Shown here: positions 8,087 through 16,323 of the stretch, in pieces
Layout of the letters: each line of letters opens with the position of its first letter
Numbering within the stretch: the first letter of the stretch is position 1
DNA from: a phage
Sequence record: PZ738962.1
DNA: 64,000 nucleotides
Strand: one strand, 5' to 3'
Position numbers and translations under genes: made by a program
Notes under the pieces: model-generated
The model's database searches: none
What the model saw: the letters and a program-made list of their open reading frames with translations, nothing else
Told to the model about the DNA's origin: nothing

Positions 8087-11029
8087 ATGGCAGATTTAAG
8101 CAGAATCCAATTTAAACGCACTAGCACTAAAGGTCGTAAACCGGATGCTAGTACGATGAATCCGGGGGAATTGGCAATCAACCTTGCGGATCAATATCTT
8201 CTTACTAAAAATGATTCCGGTACTATTATCAATTTAAGTTGTCCTCCGGTTTATGACCGCGATGTTACAATGGCGGGTAAGGTTAAAGGTAATAATTATA
8301 TCTTAAGTAAAACCGCTAACTATCTGGAAGATCAGACAGCGAGAGATCTTAACTACTTTGGTGCTTTCCGTACCAATGGTCTTGATGGTCTTCTCGAACT
8401 CACGCTAAACGTTCCTCACTCTTCCGGTGTCCAACATGGTCGAGGATTTACTTTCCAGTATGGACATACTGGATCACGAGTAGAAACCTATGGCTATAAT
8501 AGAGAAGGTCAAAAAGCATTTAGCTATAAAATGTATCACGAAGGTGATAAACCAACTCCAGGAGAATTGAACGTCTATAGCAAACAAGAAGTTGACCGTA
8601 TGTTTGTTAAGAACGTTAAACTTGCTACATCTCCTAGTGATATCGTTGAAGGCTATTTTAAATTAGCAACTGCAATGATTCCACAAAACGGTCTTAGCGT
8701 ATTTTTCCGTATTCATGGTGGTAACGGATATAACGTTACTGCATACGATCAAGTTGATATTGTAGAAATTGTTATTCGCAGTGGAAATGGTCGCCCTAAA
8801 GGTGTTAACGTTATTGCATATCGCCGAAATACAAACAAATCATTTGATGTTTTGGCTGTTAATACTTCTGGTGATAACTATGATATCTATGTGAAATATC
8901 AGCGTTACACTGATAACGTTATTGTTGAATTTGGTAAAAGTGTTGGTGTTAATCTGGTAGTTCATGACGTTCCAGATTTTGTTGCTGAACGTCCTGCTGG
9001 TGATAATGTTATTGGCGGTCGTGCTGTAACTCTTTTCAACACCGAAAACAAACGAGGTGTGTTGAGTTTTGACGATAACACACAAAATAGTTATGATATT
9101 GTTCACTTGAGTAATGATAGGGGTACTGGACGAAAATATATTCGTAAATTCCGTAGCAACTATAATGAAATGATTTGGCATGAGACGGTTCAAGGTTCTA
9201 CTTATCGACTCGCCACGGGTAGTACAGATGCTCAGGAGATTCTAACCGTTGAATCTAGTAGCTCTATTTCTGGGACTCATAAAGGTAATATTCTTTCTGG
9301 TCGAATGATGTTGGGTGGCGGTAGTAATGTTATTACCTTGCGGCGTCCTGCTGGTCAATCCAACCATATTGCGTTTCAAGATAATCGTACTGGAGCTATT
9401 ACCCGTCAAGGGTGGATCGGTTATGGTAATGCTGATACTAACGTTTTTGAATGGTATAGTGATGTAGGTGGTAGTTCTATTCGTCACCACATCGACGGAC
9501 AGATCGAACTTGCAACCGGTAACACAAAACGCGTTTATACTAACGCTCAATTCATCTCAATGAATAGCGACGCCTACCGTATGATCTACGGTAATTATGG
9601 TGCATTCTGGCGTAATGATGGTGGTAAAGTTTATCTTCTTTCTACTGCCGAAAATGATACATTGGGCGGATGGAACGGCAACCGACCATTTATTTACGAT
9701 TTAACAACTGGTAAAGTTACTTTAGGTGGAGACGGTAACGAAGGCGCATTAGTTCTCGAAAGAGATAGCCGTGCGGCTAGATTTGCTGGCGACATTTACG
9801 TTGGCAAAGGGATGTTAACATTTGATGCCGGACGATTAAATTCTCGCGATTACTTCCGGTTTAACCATTGGGGCGATAGCAATAACGCGCGTGATAACAT
9901 TTTACAGCTTGACGATAGCATAGGTGCACACTTCACCACTGAACGTACTTTAGCAACTGGTGCAATTAAAACTAAATTCTTCGGTAATTTGGAATCTGCT
10001 GGTCAAATTAAATGGGGTAAAGGGACCGCCACATCTACGTTTACTCTACGTGTATGGGGTAGCGATAGCCGTAAACAAATATTTGAATGCGGCGATGAAA
10101 GCGGGTGGCATTGGTATACCCAACGCGCTGGCGGTCCAGATACTTCTGCAATTGAGTTTGCCATCAACGGTACTGTTCGGCCTCAAGCAATTCACACTGG
10201 CGGTAATATCACTATCAACGGTGCTGATATTGAGTTTCGTCGCACTGGCAATAAGCACATCTGGTTTAGAGATCCGAACGGTTTAGAATTGGGTCTGTTG
10301 TACTGCGATGATGCTGGTGTTATGCGTATGCGCGGTGAGAAACAAACCGAAGTCTGGAAATTCGGCGGTAAGATGATTCAACTTGAAACTGGTACTGTTT
10401 CCGGTGGAGGTAATGGCCTGATTCGTGGTTCTGTTGCTGGTGGTAGTTGGACTAGCTGGCGTGATCGTGCTTCCGGTTTACAGGTAGACTGTCAACAATC
10501 AACCGATTCCGCTCATAACGTATGGAAAGCAACCCATCAAGGTAAATATCATATAGCAGCAATGGGTGTACACGTTCCTAGCGGTACTATCGGAAATGCT
10601 ATGGTGCGTATGCACGTACACGATGCAACTTTTGACTGGGGTGCGAGCGGTGACTTCCAAGCAAGCCGTAATGGTAATTTTAACGATGTTTATATTCGTT
10701 CTGATGCTCGCCTTAAAATCAACAAGGAAGAGTATAAGGAGAATGCCACCGATAAAGTTAATCGCTTGACGGTATACACCTATGACAAGGTTAAATCTTT
10801 AACCGACCGTACTGTCATTGCTCATGAAGTTGGTATTATTGCTCAGGATCTTGAGAAAGAATTGCCGGAAGCAGTAACAACTTCTAAGGTCGGCGATCCT
10901 GATAAGCCAGAAGAGATCTTAACAATTTCTAACTCTGCTGTCAACGCTCTTTTAATTAAGGCGTTTCAGGAAATGAGCGAAGAATTGAAAGCCGTTAAAG
11001 CTGAACTAGCGGAACTTAAAAAGAATTAA
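8087..11029 (+). CDS. 37: long tail fibre distal subunit gp37 with C-terminal intramolecular chaperone domain
   Basis: 980 aa; N-terminus MADLSRIQFKR...GELAINL matches T4 gp37 pattern; C-terminus carries an SDARLK...GIIAQDL motif plus coiled coil. Confidence 0.85.
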   Translation: MADLSRIQFKRTSTKGRKPDASTMNPGELAINLADQYLLTKNDSGTIINLSCPPVYDRDVTMAGKVKGNNYILSKTANYLEDQTARDLNYFGAFRTNGLDGLLELTLNVPHSSGVQHGRGFTFQYGHTGSRVETYGYNREGQKAFSYKMYHEGDKPTPGELNVYSKQEVDRMFVKNVKLATSPSDIVEGYFKLATAMIPQNGLSVFFRIHGGNGYNVTAYDQVDIVEIVIRSGNGRPKGVNVIAYRRNTNKSFDVLAVNTSGDNYDIYVKYQRYTDNVIVEFGKSVGVNLVVHDVPDFVAERPAGDNVIGGRAVTLFNTENKRGVLSFDDNTQNSYDIVHLSNDRGTGRKYIRKFRSNYNEMIWHETVQGSTYRLATGSTDAQEILTVESSSSISGTHKGNILSGRMMLGGGSNVITLRRPAGQSNHIAFQDNRTGAITRQGWIGYGNADTNVFEWYSDVGGSSIRHHIDGQIELATGNTKRVYTNAQFISMNSDAYRMIYGNYGAFWRNDGGKVYLLSTAENDTLGGWNGNRPFIYDLTTGKVTLGGDGNEGALVLERDSRAARFAGDIYVGKGMLTFDAGRLNSRDYFRFNHWGDSNNARDNILQLDDSIGAHFTTERTLATGAIKTKFFGNLESAGQIKWGKGTATSTFTLRVWGSDSRKQIFECGDESGWHWYTQRAGGPDTSAIEFAINGTVRPQAIHTGGNITINGADIEFRRTGNKHIWFRDPNGLELGLLYCDDAGVMRMRGEKQTEVWKFGGKMIQLETGTVSGGGNGLIRGSVAGGSWTSWRDRASGLQVDCQQSTDSAHNVWKATHQGKYHIAAMGVHVPSGTIGNAMVRMHVHDATFDWGASGDFQASRNGNFNDVYIRSDARLKINKEEYKENATDKVNRLTVYTYDKVKSLTDRTVIAHEVGIIAQDLEKELPEAVTTSKVGDPDKPEEILTISNSAVNALLIKAFQEMSEELKAVKAELAELKKN
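10700..11026 (+). other. peptidase S74-like intramolecular chaperone (auto-cleaving) domain at gp37 C-terminus
   Basis: SDARLKINKEEY...VYTYDK...GIIAQDLEKELPEAV...coiled coil; matches the conserved SDxRxK / GxIAQ signature of endosialidase and T5 pb1 C-terminal chaperone domains. Confidence 0.65.
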
Positions 11030-11071
11030 GGAAAAATCCCAGGGAAGGGAAACTATTAAGGAGAAACGGCT

Positions 11072-11311
11072 ATGGTCTATAATATCGTCATTGGTGCTTT
11101 GTCTAGTTTCGGAATGAAACTATTATCAAAGTTAATTAGTGAAAAGATGCTCACTAAAATTTTCTTCTATTGCGCTCGTCGTCTTGCGGCCTATACCAAT
11201 ACGCCAATTGATGATCGTTTTGTGGAAGAACTTTATAAGGAGTTTAATAAAGATCAATCAGAAGATAGCAACGAGAAAGATAAACCTAGTGATAGTCAAG
11301 TACCTAAATAA
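11072..11311 (+). CDS. hypothetical small membrane protein (79 aa) between 37 and t
   Basis: ATG with AAGGAGAAACGGCT upstream; hydrophobic N-terminal helix then charged tail; overlapping alternative frame 11139..11327 judged less likely. Confidence 0.45.
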   Translation: MVYNIVIGALSSFGMKLLSKLISEKMLTKIFFYCARRLAAYTNTPIDDRFVEELYKEFNKDQSEDSNEKDKPSDSQVPK

Positions 11312-11344
11312 GAGTACACTGTCATAGTTATCTTAGGGCATTAT

Positions 11345-12001
11345 ATGCAAGTTTCTGAAAAAGAGAAAGACTTTGCTATCTCAAATGTCCTGCGCGCTAT
11401 TTTCACAACTAAAAGCACGGAGTTGCTCGTACTTCGTGTTTTTGCTGCCGTCGTGTTGTCCATATTAGCATTTGTCGTTTATAGTAAAAACGAGTTATTT
11501 GCGCTTTATAAAGAGACTCGTTATGAGACTTATGCTCACGTTCTCCAGGTAGAGAAAGACCGCAATTTTGATAATGCAGCACAGGAGCAGTTACAGATAG
11601 TTCATGTGTCGGCTGATGCCGATTTTTCTGCTGTTTTTAGCTTTCGTCCGAAAAACCTAAACTATTTTGTTGATTTGGTGGCATATGAAGGAAAGCTACC
11701 GCATACGATCGATGAAAAGAATTTAGGCGGGTTCCCTATCAATAAAACGAGTGAAGAATATCGTAGGCATCTTTTAGGTAAATCATATTTTACCGATAAA
11801 GATTTCCAGTATATTCCATCGAGGGAGAAAAAATTAGAGAATATCGATATAGGGTTTATGTATTCTTGTCCTATATTCAATCTCGATAATGTCTATTCTG
11901 GTAGTATCGCCATTGCATGGAAGAATAAACCGGATATTGACATTGAGAATTTGGATACTCTTTGCAATCAATCTGCCAGAATCCTCGGAAGGATTAGATA
12001 A
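11345..12001 (+). CDS. t: holin (lysis inhibition-sensitive T holin)
   Basis: 218 aa; strong similarity to T4 T as recalled (LEQLQIVHVSADADFSAVFSFRPKNLNYFVDLVAYEGKLP, FMYSCPIFNLDNVYSG, ARILGR). Confidence 0.9.
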   Translation: MQVSEKEKDFAISNVLRAIFTTKSTELLVLRVFAAVVLSILAFVVYSKNELFALYKETRYETYAHVLQVEKDRNFDNAAQEQLQIVHVSADADFSAVFSFRPKNLNYFVDLVAYEGKLPHTIDEKNLGGFPINKTSEEYRRHLLGKSYFTDKDFQYIPSREKKLENIDIGFMYSCPIFNLDNVYSGSIAIAWKNKPDIDIENLDTLCNQSARILGRIR

Positions 12002-12006
12002 CTTAA

Positions 12007-12040
12007 AGGGGAAGCCTTTCGGCCTCCCCTTCTTTTTTAT
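12007..12040. terminator. terminator hairpin at the convergence point of plus-strand late module and minus-strand early genes
   Basis: AGGGGAAGCC-TTTC-GGCCTCCCCT followed by TCTTTTTTA on plus strand; minus-strand gene 12037..12285 ends adjacent. Confidence 0.55.
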
Positions 12041-12285
12041 TGGCGCATAGAAGCCCCTGAATCACATTTTGACGCTGTATGATGAAAACAGGTAGCGTAC
12101 CAGTCATCGGCTTGTTTGTCTTCGTCAGAAAACGCGTAATTTCGTTGTATGCCGTTTTCTACTTTGACCAGCGCAATAGCTGTTTCTGGAAGATCAATCA
12201 ATCGGACAAAATCGCCATCTTCCCATTCTACACGAGCAATATCATAACCCATCTCAAAGTATACAATCGCTTGTTCTAATTTCAT
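12037..12285 (-). CDS. hypothetical small protein, possible DUF2829 (Tad2-like) fold
   Basis: 82 aa; pattern M-x-L-E-Q-A-I...G-x-x-I-A-R-x-x-W...DDW resembles DUF2829 N- and C-terminal motifs from memory; start overlaps upstream stop (ATGA). Confidence 0.5.
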   Translation of the reverse strand: MKLEQAIVYFEMGYDIARVEWEDGDFVRLIDLPETAIALVKVENGIQRNYAFSDEDKQADDWYATCFHHTASKCDSGASMRQ

Positions 12286-12593
12286 TCTGGAAACTTCCCG
12301 TAAATGTTCTCTGCCAACATACGCGCATCGCTAATGATATCTTTCATGCTATGACCGTAGTGTTCAGCCATTGAGTTGACACAATCAACAAAGAAATTAT
12401 AACGGCGACGGTTTAAGATTTCTTCTCTGCTATAGTTTTCATATTTGACGGTCGAGTGTGCTTTCTCGATTGCCTTGATTGCTATATTGACTTCATTGAT
12501 AATGGTTTTAGCATTGTATGCGCCACGACGGATCAGGATATTTGTCAATTCTCTTGCAATATCTTGCAATTCTTCATATTCATGTTCAAACAT
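12282..12593 (-). CDS. hypothetical protein (103 aa from ATG; track ORF extends to a TTG at 12614)
   Basis: ATG at 12593 preceded by GAGGT; coupled to downstream gene. Confidence 0.5.
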   Translation of the reverse strand: MFEHEYEELQDIARELTNILIRRGAYNAKTIINEVNIAIKAIEKAHSTVKYENYSREEILNRRRYNFFVDCVNSMAEHYGHSMKDIISDARMLAENIYGKFPE

Positions 12594-12617
12594 AATCAAC
12601 CTCGCAAAATACAATCC

Positions 12618-12950
12618 TTACAGATGAAAACCTGTTACGATCACCGCATCGATCTTACCGCTAGGAATAAACGGTTCGCCCTCTTTTATTTCAACTTTGA
12701 ATTGATGCCATTTCGCTAATACTTCTTCCGGTACACCCAGCGATTCGGCGTCTGCTTTAGTTTCATCCATAATCCAACTAGGCTGCATGAGAGCATAGTT
12801 TACATAGTCCATTTCTGGGGTCATGTCATCAATGTTAATATATTTGCAGTTGACGCGTTTCAGAATTTCAAATTCTTTATTGTCAACCTGTACCATGTAT
12901 AATTCAGTAGTTTCTGGAATCAGTTCCCACACAATCAGTACATTTTTCAT
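12618..12950 (-). CDS. hypothetical protein (110 aa)
   Basis: ATG with GTGAGGTG upstream; no family recognised. Confidence 0.55.
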   Translation of the reverse strand: MKNVLIVWELIPETTELYMVQVDNKEFEILKRVNCKYINIDDMTPEMDYVNYALMQPSWIMDETKADAESLGVPEEVLAKWHQFKVEIKEGEPFIPSGKIDAVIVTGFHL

Positions 12951-12958
12951 AGTTCACC

Positions 12959-13327
12959 TCACTTAACAAAGATTTTCTTTAATGCTTTCAGGATCGTTGC
13001 TTCCGGCGCTTCTTCCGGTGGAGGAAGCAATTCTACCACTTCCTCTTCCAACTCGATATAGTCTACCAGATATTCTACATAGAATGCAAGTGCTTCCATG
13101 AAATTAGATGCTACATCCGATTCACCACAAGCGCCTACATGCATTGTATAAACATCACTGCGATCAAGTTTGTGGATGCTTCCCAGATAGTTTCGGTTAT
13201 ACCAGACTTCCCACACTTTCAGCTTTCCGGTTTTGGTTGCTGTTTTATAATCGGTTTCGTAATGATGCAATTGACGTTGCAAATCATTGATAATAACACA
13301 TTTTTCGTAATTGTTTTGAATTTCCAT
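12959..13327 (-). CDS. hypothetical protein (122 aa)
   Basis: ATG with TGAGGATTACATC upstream; acidic C-terminus. Confidence 0.55.
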   Translation of the reverse strand: MEIQNNYEKCVIINDLQRQLHHYETDYKTATKTGKLKVWEVWYNRNYLGSIHKLDRSDVYTMHVGACGESDVASNFMEALAFYVEYLVDYIELEEEVVELLPPPEEAPEATILKALKKIFVK

Positions 13328-13337
13328 GATGTAATCC

Positions 13338-13529
13338 TCACTTATCGTTAAGAAGTTCTAAAACTTTCTGTCGTACTTTGTCAATATTAGTTGATTCAAA
13401 AACTGTACGGTATCCCCAGCTTTGACCGTATGATCGCGAGCAATCCCCATATCCCCATTGTTCAACCTGATAGTATTCAAGGAATGGGTGCTGCCGAACT
13501 ATGATACCATCGCGATTAAAAATTACCAT
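13338..13529 (-). CDS. hypothetical small protein (63 aa from ATG)
   Basis: ATG at 13529 preceded by GTGAGGATTAATATT; track start at 13544 is GTG. Confidence 0.45.
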   Translation of the reverse strand: MVIFNRDGIIVRQHPFLEYYQVEQWGYGDCSRSYGQSWGYRTVFESTNIDKVRQKVLELLNDK

Positions 13530-13553
13530 AATATTAATCCTCACGTCAACAAC

Positions 13554-13841
13554 TTATTTTCGGTTGTGGTCACGATATGTTTTAAAATATCCCTCGTACC
13601 ACGGTAAAATATCTGGATTTTTACCACTATACAGACCTTTAACCATCATGTCAATAAGGCCATCTGGTGTTTGATAGTTTCCAGCTTTTATAAGCTCTCT
13701 GATTAAAATCTCTCTGTATATGTCTTTCGGATCTTCGTAATCAACTTGTATTGTGGTTGTTGTCTCGCTTAATTTGGTTTCTGGAGTATCTTGCATCGCC
13801 TTCCACCAATCTTTTGTAATCTTCATGTTATTGAATTGCAT
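13554..13841 (-). CDS. hypothetical protein (95 aa)
   Basis: ATG with AAGAGGTTAAATT upstream. Confidence 0.5.
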   Translation of the reverse strand: MQFNNMKITKDWWKAMQDTPETKLSETTTTIQVDYEDPKDIYREILIRELIKAGNYQTPDGLIDMMVKGLYSGKNPDILPWYEGYFKTYRDHNRK

Positions 13842-13852
13842 AATTTAACCTC

Positions 13853-14611
13853 TTACTTGCAAACGTATTGATCTACATCAATTGCTCCACCGAATGTAGG
13901 ATGACGTTTTTCAAATCGAATAGTTCCGTCGTTTGGTTCGAAAACGGAGTATTCATATAGATCTTTCTTGCCAACATTCTTATAAAACCCGCCTTTAGTC
14001 ATAACGGTTTCTTGTACGTTTGCTTTGTGTACGTTGTATTCATCAATGTATACAAAATCAACCATCTTCCCATTTTTAATGGTTACTTTAAGATCCCCTG
14101 GCTGGTTTCCATATTTTGCATACAGTGGAGCCTCTTTAATTTTTGTGGAAATTCCATCTTTCATACTCCACTCATAACGAACGGTGCATTGATAGGTCAA
14201 AGTTTCGACCTTCGGTTCTTCTACCACTTTTGCCTCCTGTTTCGGTTGTTCTTCTTCAACCTTCGCAGAAGTCTCTGAATCGCTTTCTGACGCGGTTTCT
14301 TCTTTAGGTAATACATTCATCAAGTTTTGGATTTGAGCGTTATATACAGCCTCCAGTGGCTGAATCTGCCCGATATTGATCATTGTATCACGAACAGTTT
14401 TATTCCAGTTTCGTTGCTCTTGTTTCAGAGACGGATCAATCTTAACAGCCTTAACATATACTTCATGAAGTTTAGAGTCCAGTGCGGAGATAGACTCATT
14501 AGCACAAATAAACTTCTCTGATTTGGTAGTAGCTTTAGCGCAATCAAAGGACGCAGCGTTAGCACCGAAAGCAGTAGCAGAAAGAACGATAGCAGCGATA
14601 ATGTTTTTCAT
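13853..14611 (-). CDS. secreted protein with N-terminal DUF1311 (LprI-like) domain
   Basis: 252 aa; signal peptide MKNIIAAIVLSATAFGANA; FDCAKATTKSEKFICANESISALDSKLHEVY...QRNW matches DUF1311 Cys pattern; acidic linker; C-terminal domain with two Cys. Confidence 0.6.
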   Translation of the reverse strand: MKNIIAAIVLSATAFGANAASFDCAKATTKSEKFICANESISALDSKLHEVYVKAVKIDPSLKQEQRNWNKTVRDTMINIGQIQPLEAVYNAQIQNLMNVLPKEETASESDSETSAKVEEEQPKQEAKVVEEPKVETLTYQCTVRYEWSMKDGISTKIKEAPLYAKYGNQPGDLKVTIKNGKMVDFVYIDEYNVHKANVQETVMTKGGFYKNVGKKDLYEYSVFEPNDGTIRFEKRHPTFGGAIDVDQYVCK

Positions 14612-14645
14612 AATATATTCCTCAGTGTTTTGTCTTGATGGGAGT

Positions 14646-14674
14646 ATGTTACTACTCCCTTAATCCGGTGTCAA
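14646..14674 (-). promoter_or_regulatory. PeSL-type early promoter (TTGACA-N17-TAACAT) with GGGAGTA/TACTCCC stem-loop
   Basis: minus-strand TTGACA, 17-bp spacer, -10-like hexamer; inverted repeat spans spacer and -10; drives 13853..14611. Confidence 0.55.
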
Positions 14675-14685
14675 CTACTTTTAAA

Positions 14686-14985
14686 TTATTTTCGCCATTC
14701 ACCGGAAACAATAAAGTTTGTAAAGTGATCGTGGTCCATGATAACGTCATTAAGTACCATATGTGGATACACTTTAGTGATAATTTTACTAAGTACCATA
14801 TGCGGATATGCTTTAGTGTAATCACGTTTACGATCAGTCATCCAGTCAACGAAAGTTGGTGCAAAGTACGGTACACCGTCAGACGATGCCATATTAAACC
14901 CTTTATCAACCATAAATGCAGCCGCCCTAAGATTTTTAATTGAAGTAGTGCGACTAATTTCAAAAACTTTATCGGTAAAATTCAT
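14686..14985 (-). CDS. hypothetical protein (99 aa from ATG) containing an internal 39-bp tandem repeat
   Basis: ATG at 14985; contains KAYPHMVLS...KVYPHMVLN repeat encoded by imperfect direct repeat 14751..14822. Confidence 0.45.
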   Translation of the reverse strand: MNFTDKVFEISRTTSIKNLRAAAFMVDKGFNMASSDGVPYFAPTFVDWMTDRKRDYTKAYPHMVLSKIITKVYPHMVLNDVIMDHDHFTNFIVSGEWRK

Positions 14986-14986
14986 T

Positions 14987-15196
14987 TTAAGCCCCCGCTC
15001 GTGCATTAATACGCATTTTCTGTATAGCCATGATCTGGTTTACTGCTTCTTCTTTACGTTCTTGCGTGATAATGTGACCAGATTCCGCAAACTCTCCAGC
15101 AACTTCTTCTACGATCTCGCGAACTTGAGAACGTCCAAAGATGCGGTTTCCTTCGTAGCTCATAAACTCTGTTACTACTTGCTCGATAGATTTCAT
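14987..15196 (-). CDS. hypothetical small protein (69 aa)
   Basis: ATG preceded by GGAGAATCAC leader of a PeSL cassette. Confidence 0.55.
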   Translation of the reverse strand: MKSIEQVVTEFMSYEGNRIFGRSQVREIVEEVAGEFAESGHIITQERKEEAVNQIMAIQKMRINARAGA

Positions 15197-15225
15197 GTGA
15201 TTCTCCTTTCGTTTGGTATGGGAGT

Positions 15226-15254
15226 ATGTTACTACTCCCTTATCTTTACGTCAA
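15226..15254 (-). promoter_or_regulatory. PeSL-type early promoter (TTGACG-N17-TAACAT) with GGGAGTA/TACTCCC stem-loop
   Basis: same architecture and near-identical sequence as copy at 14646; drives 14987..15196. Confidence 0.55.
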
Positions 15255-15261
15255 CTAGTTT

Positions 15262-15504
15262 TTAGAAATTTTTCGCTTCTTCTTCGGTCATCATCACCGC
15301 GCATTCGTGCATAACTTTGAAAACCGGGTCAATCATATCGAATGCTTCGCTGGACAGTTTACGAGAAGCGATTTTGATTGCTTCAACGTCTTCTACTACA
15401 GGAACAAAAACAGTTTTCAGTTCGTCGAGCACGGCAGCTTCTTTTTCATTCAGGAAGATCCCAGCGTCGTACAGTGCAACTTCGATAACATTAACTTTAA
15501 CCAT
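15262..15504 (-). CDS. hypothetical small acidic protein (80 aa from ATG)
   Basis: ATG at 15504 preceded by GGAGGAAATAAAA; longer track ORF would run through the promoter. Confidence 0.5.
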   Translation of the reverse strand: MVKVNVIEVALYDAGIFLNEKEAAVLDELKTVFVPVVEDVEAIKIASRKLSSEAFDMIDPVFKVMHECAVMMTEEEAKNF

Positions 15505-15538
15505 TTTTATTTCCTCCAGTTCGTTTCGGTATGGGAGT

Positions 15539-15567
15539 ATAATACTACCGATGACCTTTGGCGTCAA
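15539..15567 (-). promoter_or_regulatory. PeSL-type early promoter (TTGACG-N17-TATTAT), degenerate stem-loop
   Basis: TTGACG, 17-bp spacer, TATTAT; conserved leader ACTCCCATACC...GGAGG; drives 15262..15504. Confidence 0.5.
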
Positions 15568-15769
15568 CTGCTTTTTTATTATTTTCGTGAAAATTTTTCG
15601 TCGCCTCATGTGCTTTTCGCTGGGCTTCTTGTTGTGCTTGCTGGCGTGCTGCCTCTTGTGAAGCCATAACGGAAGCATTTGCAGCAGTTACAGCCGCTAC
15701 CATCGCTGCGGTATTAGCATTTACAGTACATGCACTAGCCAGCAAAGCAATTGCAATCATTTTCTTCAT
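15545..15769 (-). CDS. small secreted or lipoprotein-like protein (74 aa)
   Basis: N-terminal signal-like MKKMIAIALLASACT then Ala/Gln-rich low-complexity region; ATG with AAGGGGAAAC upstream. Confidence 0.45.
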   Translation of the reverse strand: MKKMIAIALLASACTVNANTAAMVAAVTAANASVMASQEAARQQAQQEAQRKAHEATKNFHENNKKAVDAKGHR

Positions 15770-15936
15770 AGTTTCCCCTTTAGGTTATCTTCGACCTTCA
15801 CCCATTCCGCGTATTCTTGCGCGGCTACTTTCGGATTTAGTCCGTCTTCGTACATTGCTTCAAGTAATTCTTCGTCGGTGGGCTTATACCCTAGATAAGC
15901 CTTCACCTGATTTTTCCAAATTTTATACCAGTTCAT
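15766..15936 (-). CDS. hypothetical small protein (56 aa from ATG)
   Basis: ATG at 15936 immediately after upstream stop (TGATAATATG). Confidence 0.4.
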   Translation of the reverse strand: MNWYKIWKNQVKAYLGYKPTDEELLEAMYEDGLNPKVAAQEYAEWVKVEDNLKGKL

Positions 15937-15940
15937 ATTA

Positions 15941-16213
15941 TCACCAGTCAAGAGCGCGTGTCTCTGCGTCTTCCCATGCTTGATCCATAACAGCCTTGAA
16001 AACATATTCTAAAGTATCATCTTTAGAGAATCCGAAGACCTTAGACGGAATATCTTCAATTGCTACTCCCGCGACTTCTGCATTACGCGCTTGGCAATAA
16101 TGCAACTCTAAGTTATCGAGATAGCGACCGCCTAATTTCTCCATATCATCCCAGCATTTCCAGTAACCTACTTTATTTGCAATCGCTAACACCTTGCTGT
16201 TTTCGTTGTTCAT
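15941..16213 (-). CDS. hypothetical protein (90 aa from ATG)
   Basis: ATG at 16213 preceded by GGAGAATCAAAG leader. Confidence 0.5.
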   Translation of the reverse strand: MNNENSKVLAIANKVGYWKCWDDMEKLGGRYLDNLELHYCQARNAEVAGVAIEDIPSKVFGFSKDDTLEYVFKAVMDQAWEDAETRALDW

Positions 16214-16244
16214 CTTTGATTCTCCTTTTGTTTGGTATGTGTGT

Positions 16245-16273
16245 ATTATGCAATGATGGATTTGTGAAGTCAA
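16245..16273 (-). promoter_or_regulatory. PeSL-type early promoter (TTGACT-N17-CATAAT)
   Basis: TTGACT, 17-bp spacer, CATAAT, conserved ACACACATACCAAAC...GGAGAATCA leader; drives 15941..16213. Confidence 0.55.
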
Positions 16274-16280
16274 CAACTTT

Positions 16281-16314
16281 TTAAAATAAAAAAGCCGACC
16301 ACACGGATCGGCTT
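16281..16314 (-). terminator. intrinsic terminator (minus strand) after gene 16324..16719
   Basis: hairpin AAGCCGATCC-GTGT-GGTCGGCTT followed by U-run on minus strand; near-identical to the plus-strand terminator at 6335. Confidence 0.6.
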
Positions 16315-16323
16315 AATAATCAG

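Noticed and set aside
8041-8090. Late promoter directly upstream of gene 37
   Set aside because: Only TAAATAAT and TATAAAAT (overlapping the start codon) are present, not an exact TATAAATA at suitable distance; gene 37 is more likely transcribed from the gene 36 late promoter or by read-through.
11030-11344. Gene 38 (tail fibre adhesin/assembly) expected after gene 37
   Set aside because: The only ORF here is a 79-aa membrane protein with no resemblance to gp38, and gp37 carries its own C-terminal chaperone domain.
14641-14660. GGGAGTA...TACTCCC hairpins read as intrinsic terminators
   Set aside because: No U-tract follows on either strand, and each is embedded between a TTGACA and a -10-like hexamer at fixed 17-bp spacing directly upstream of a gene, so they are better explained as promoter-embedded stem-loops.
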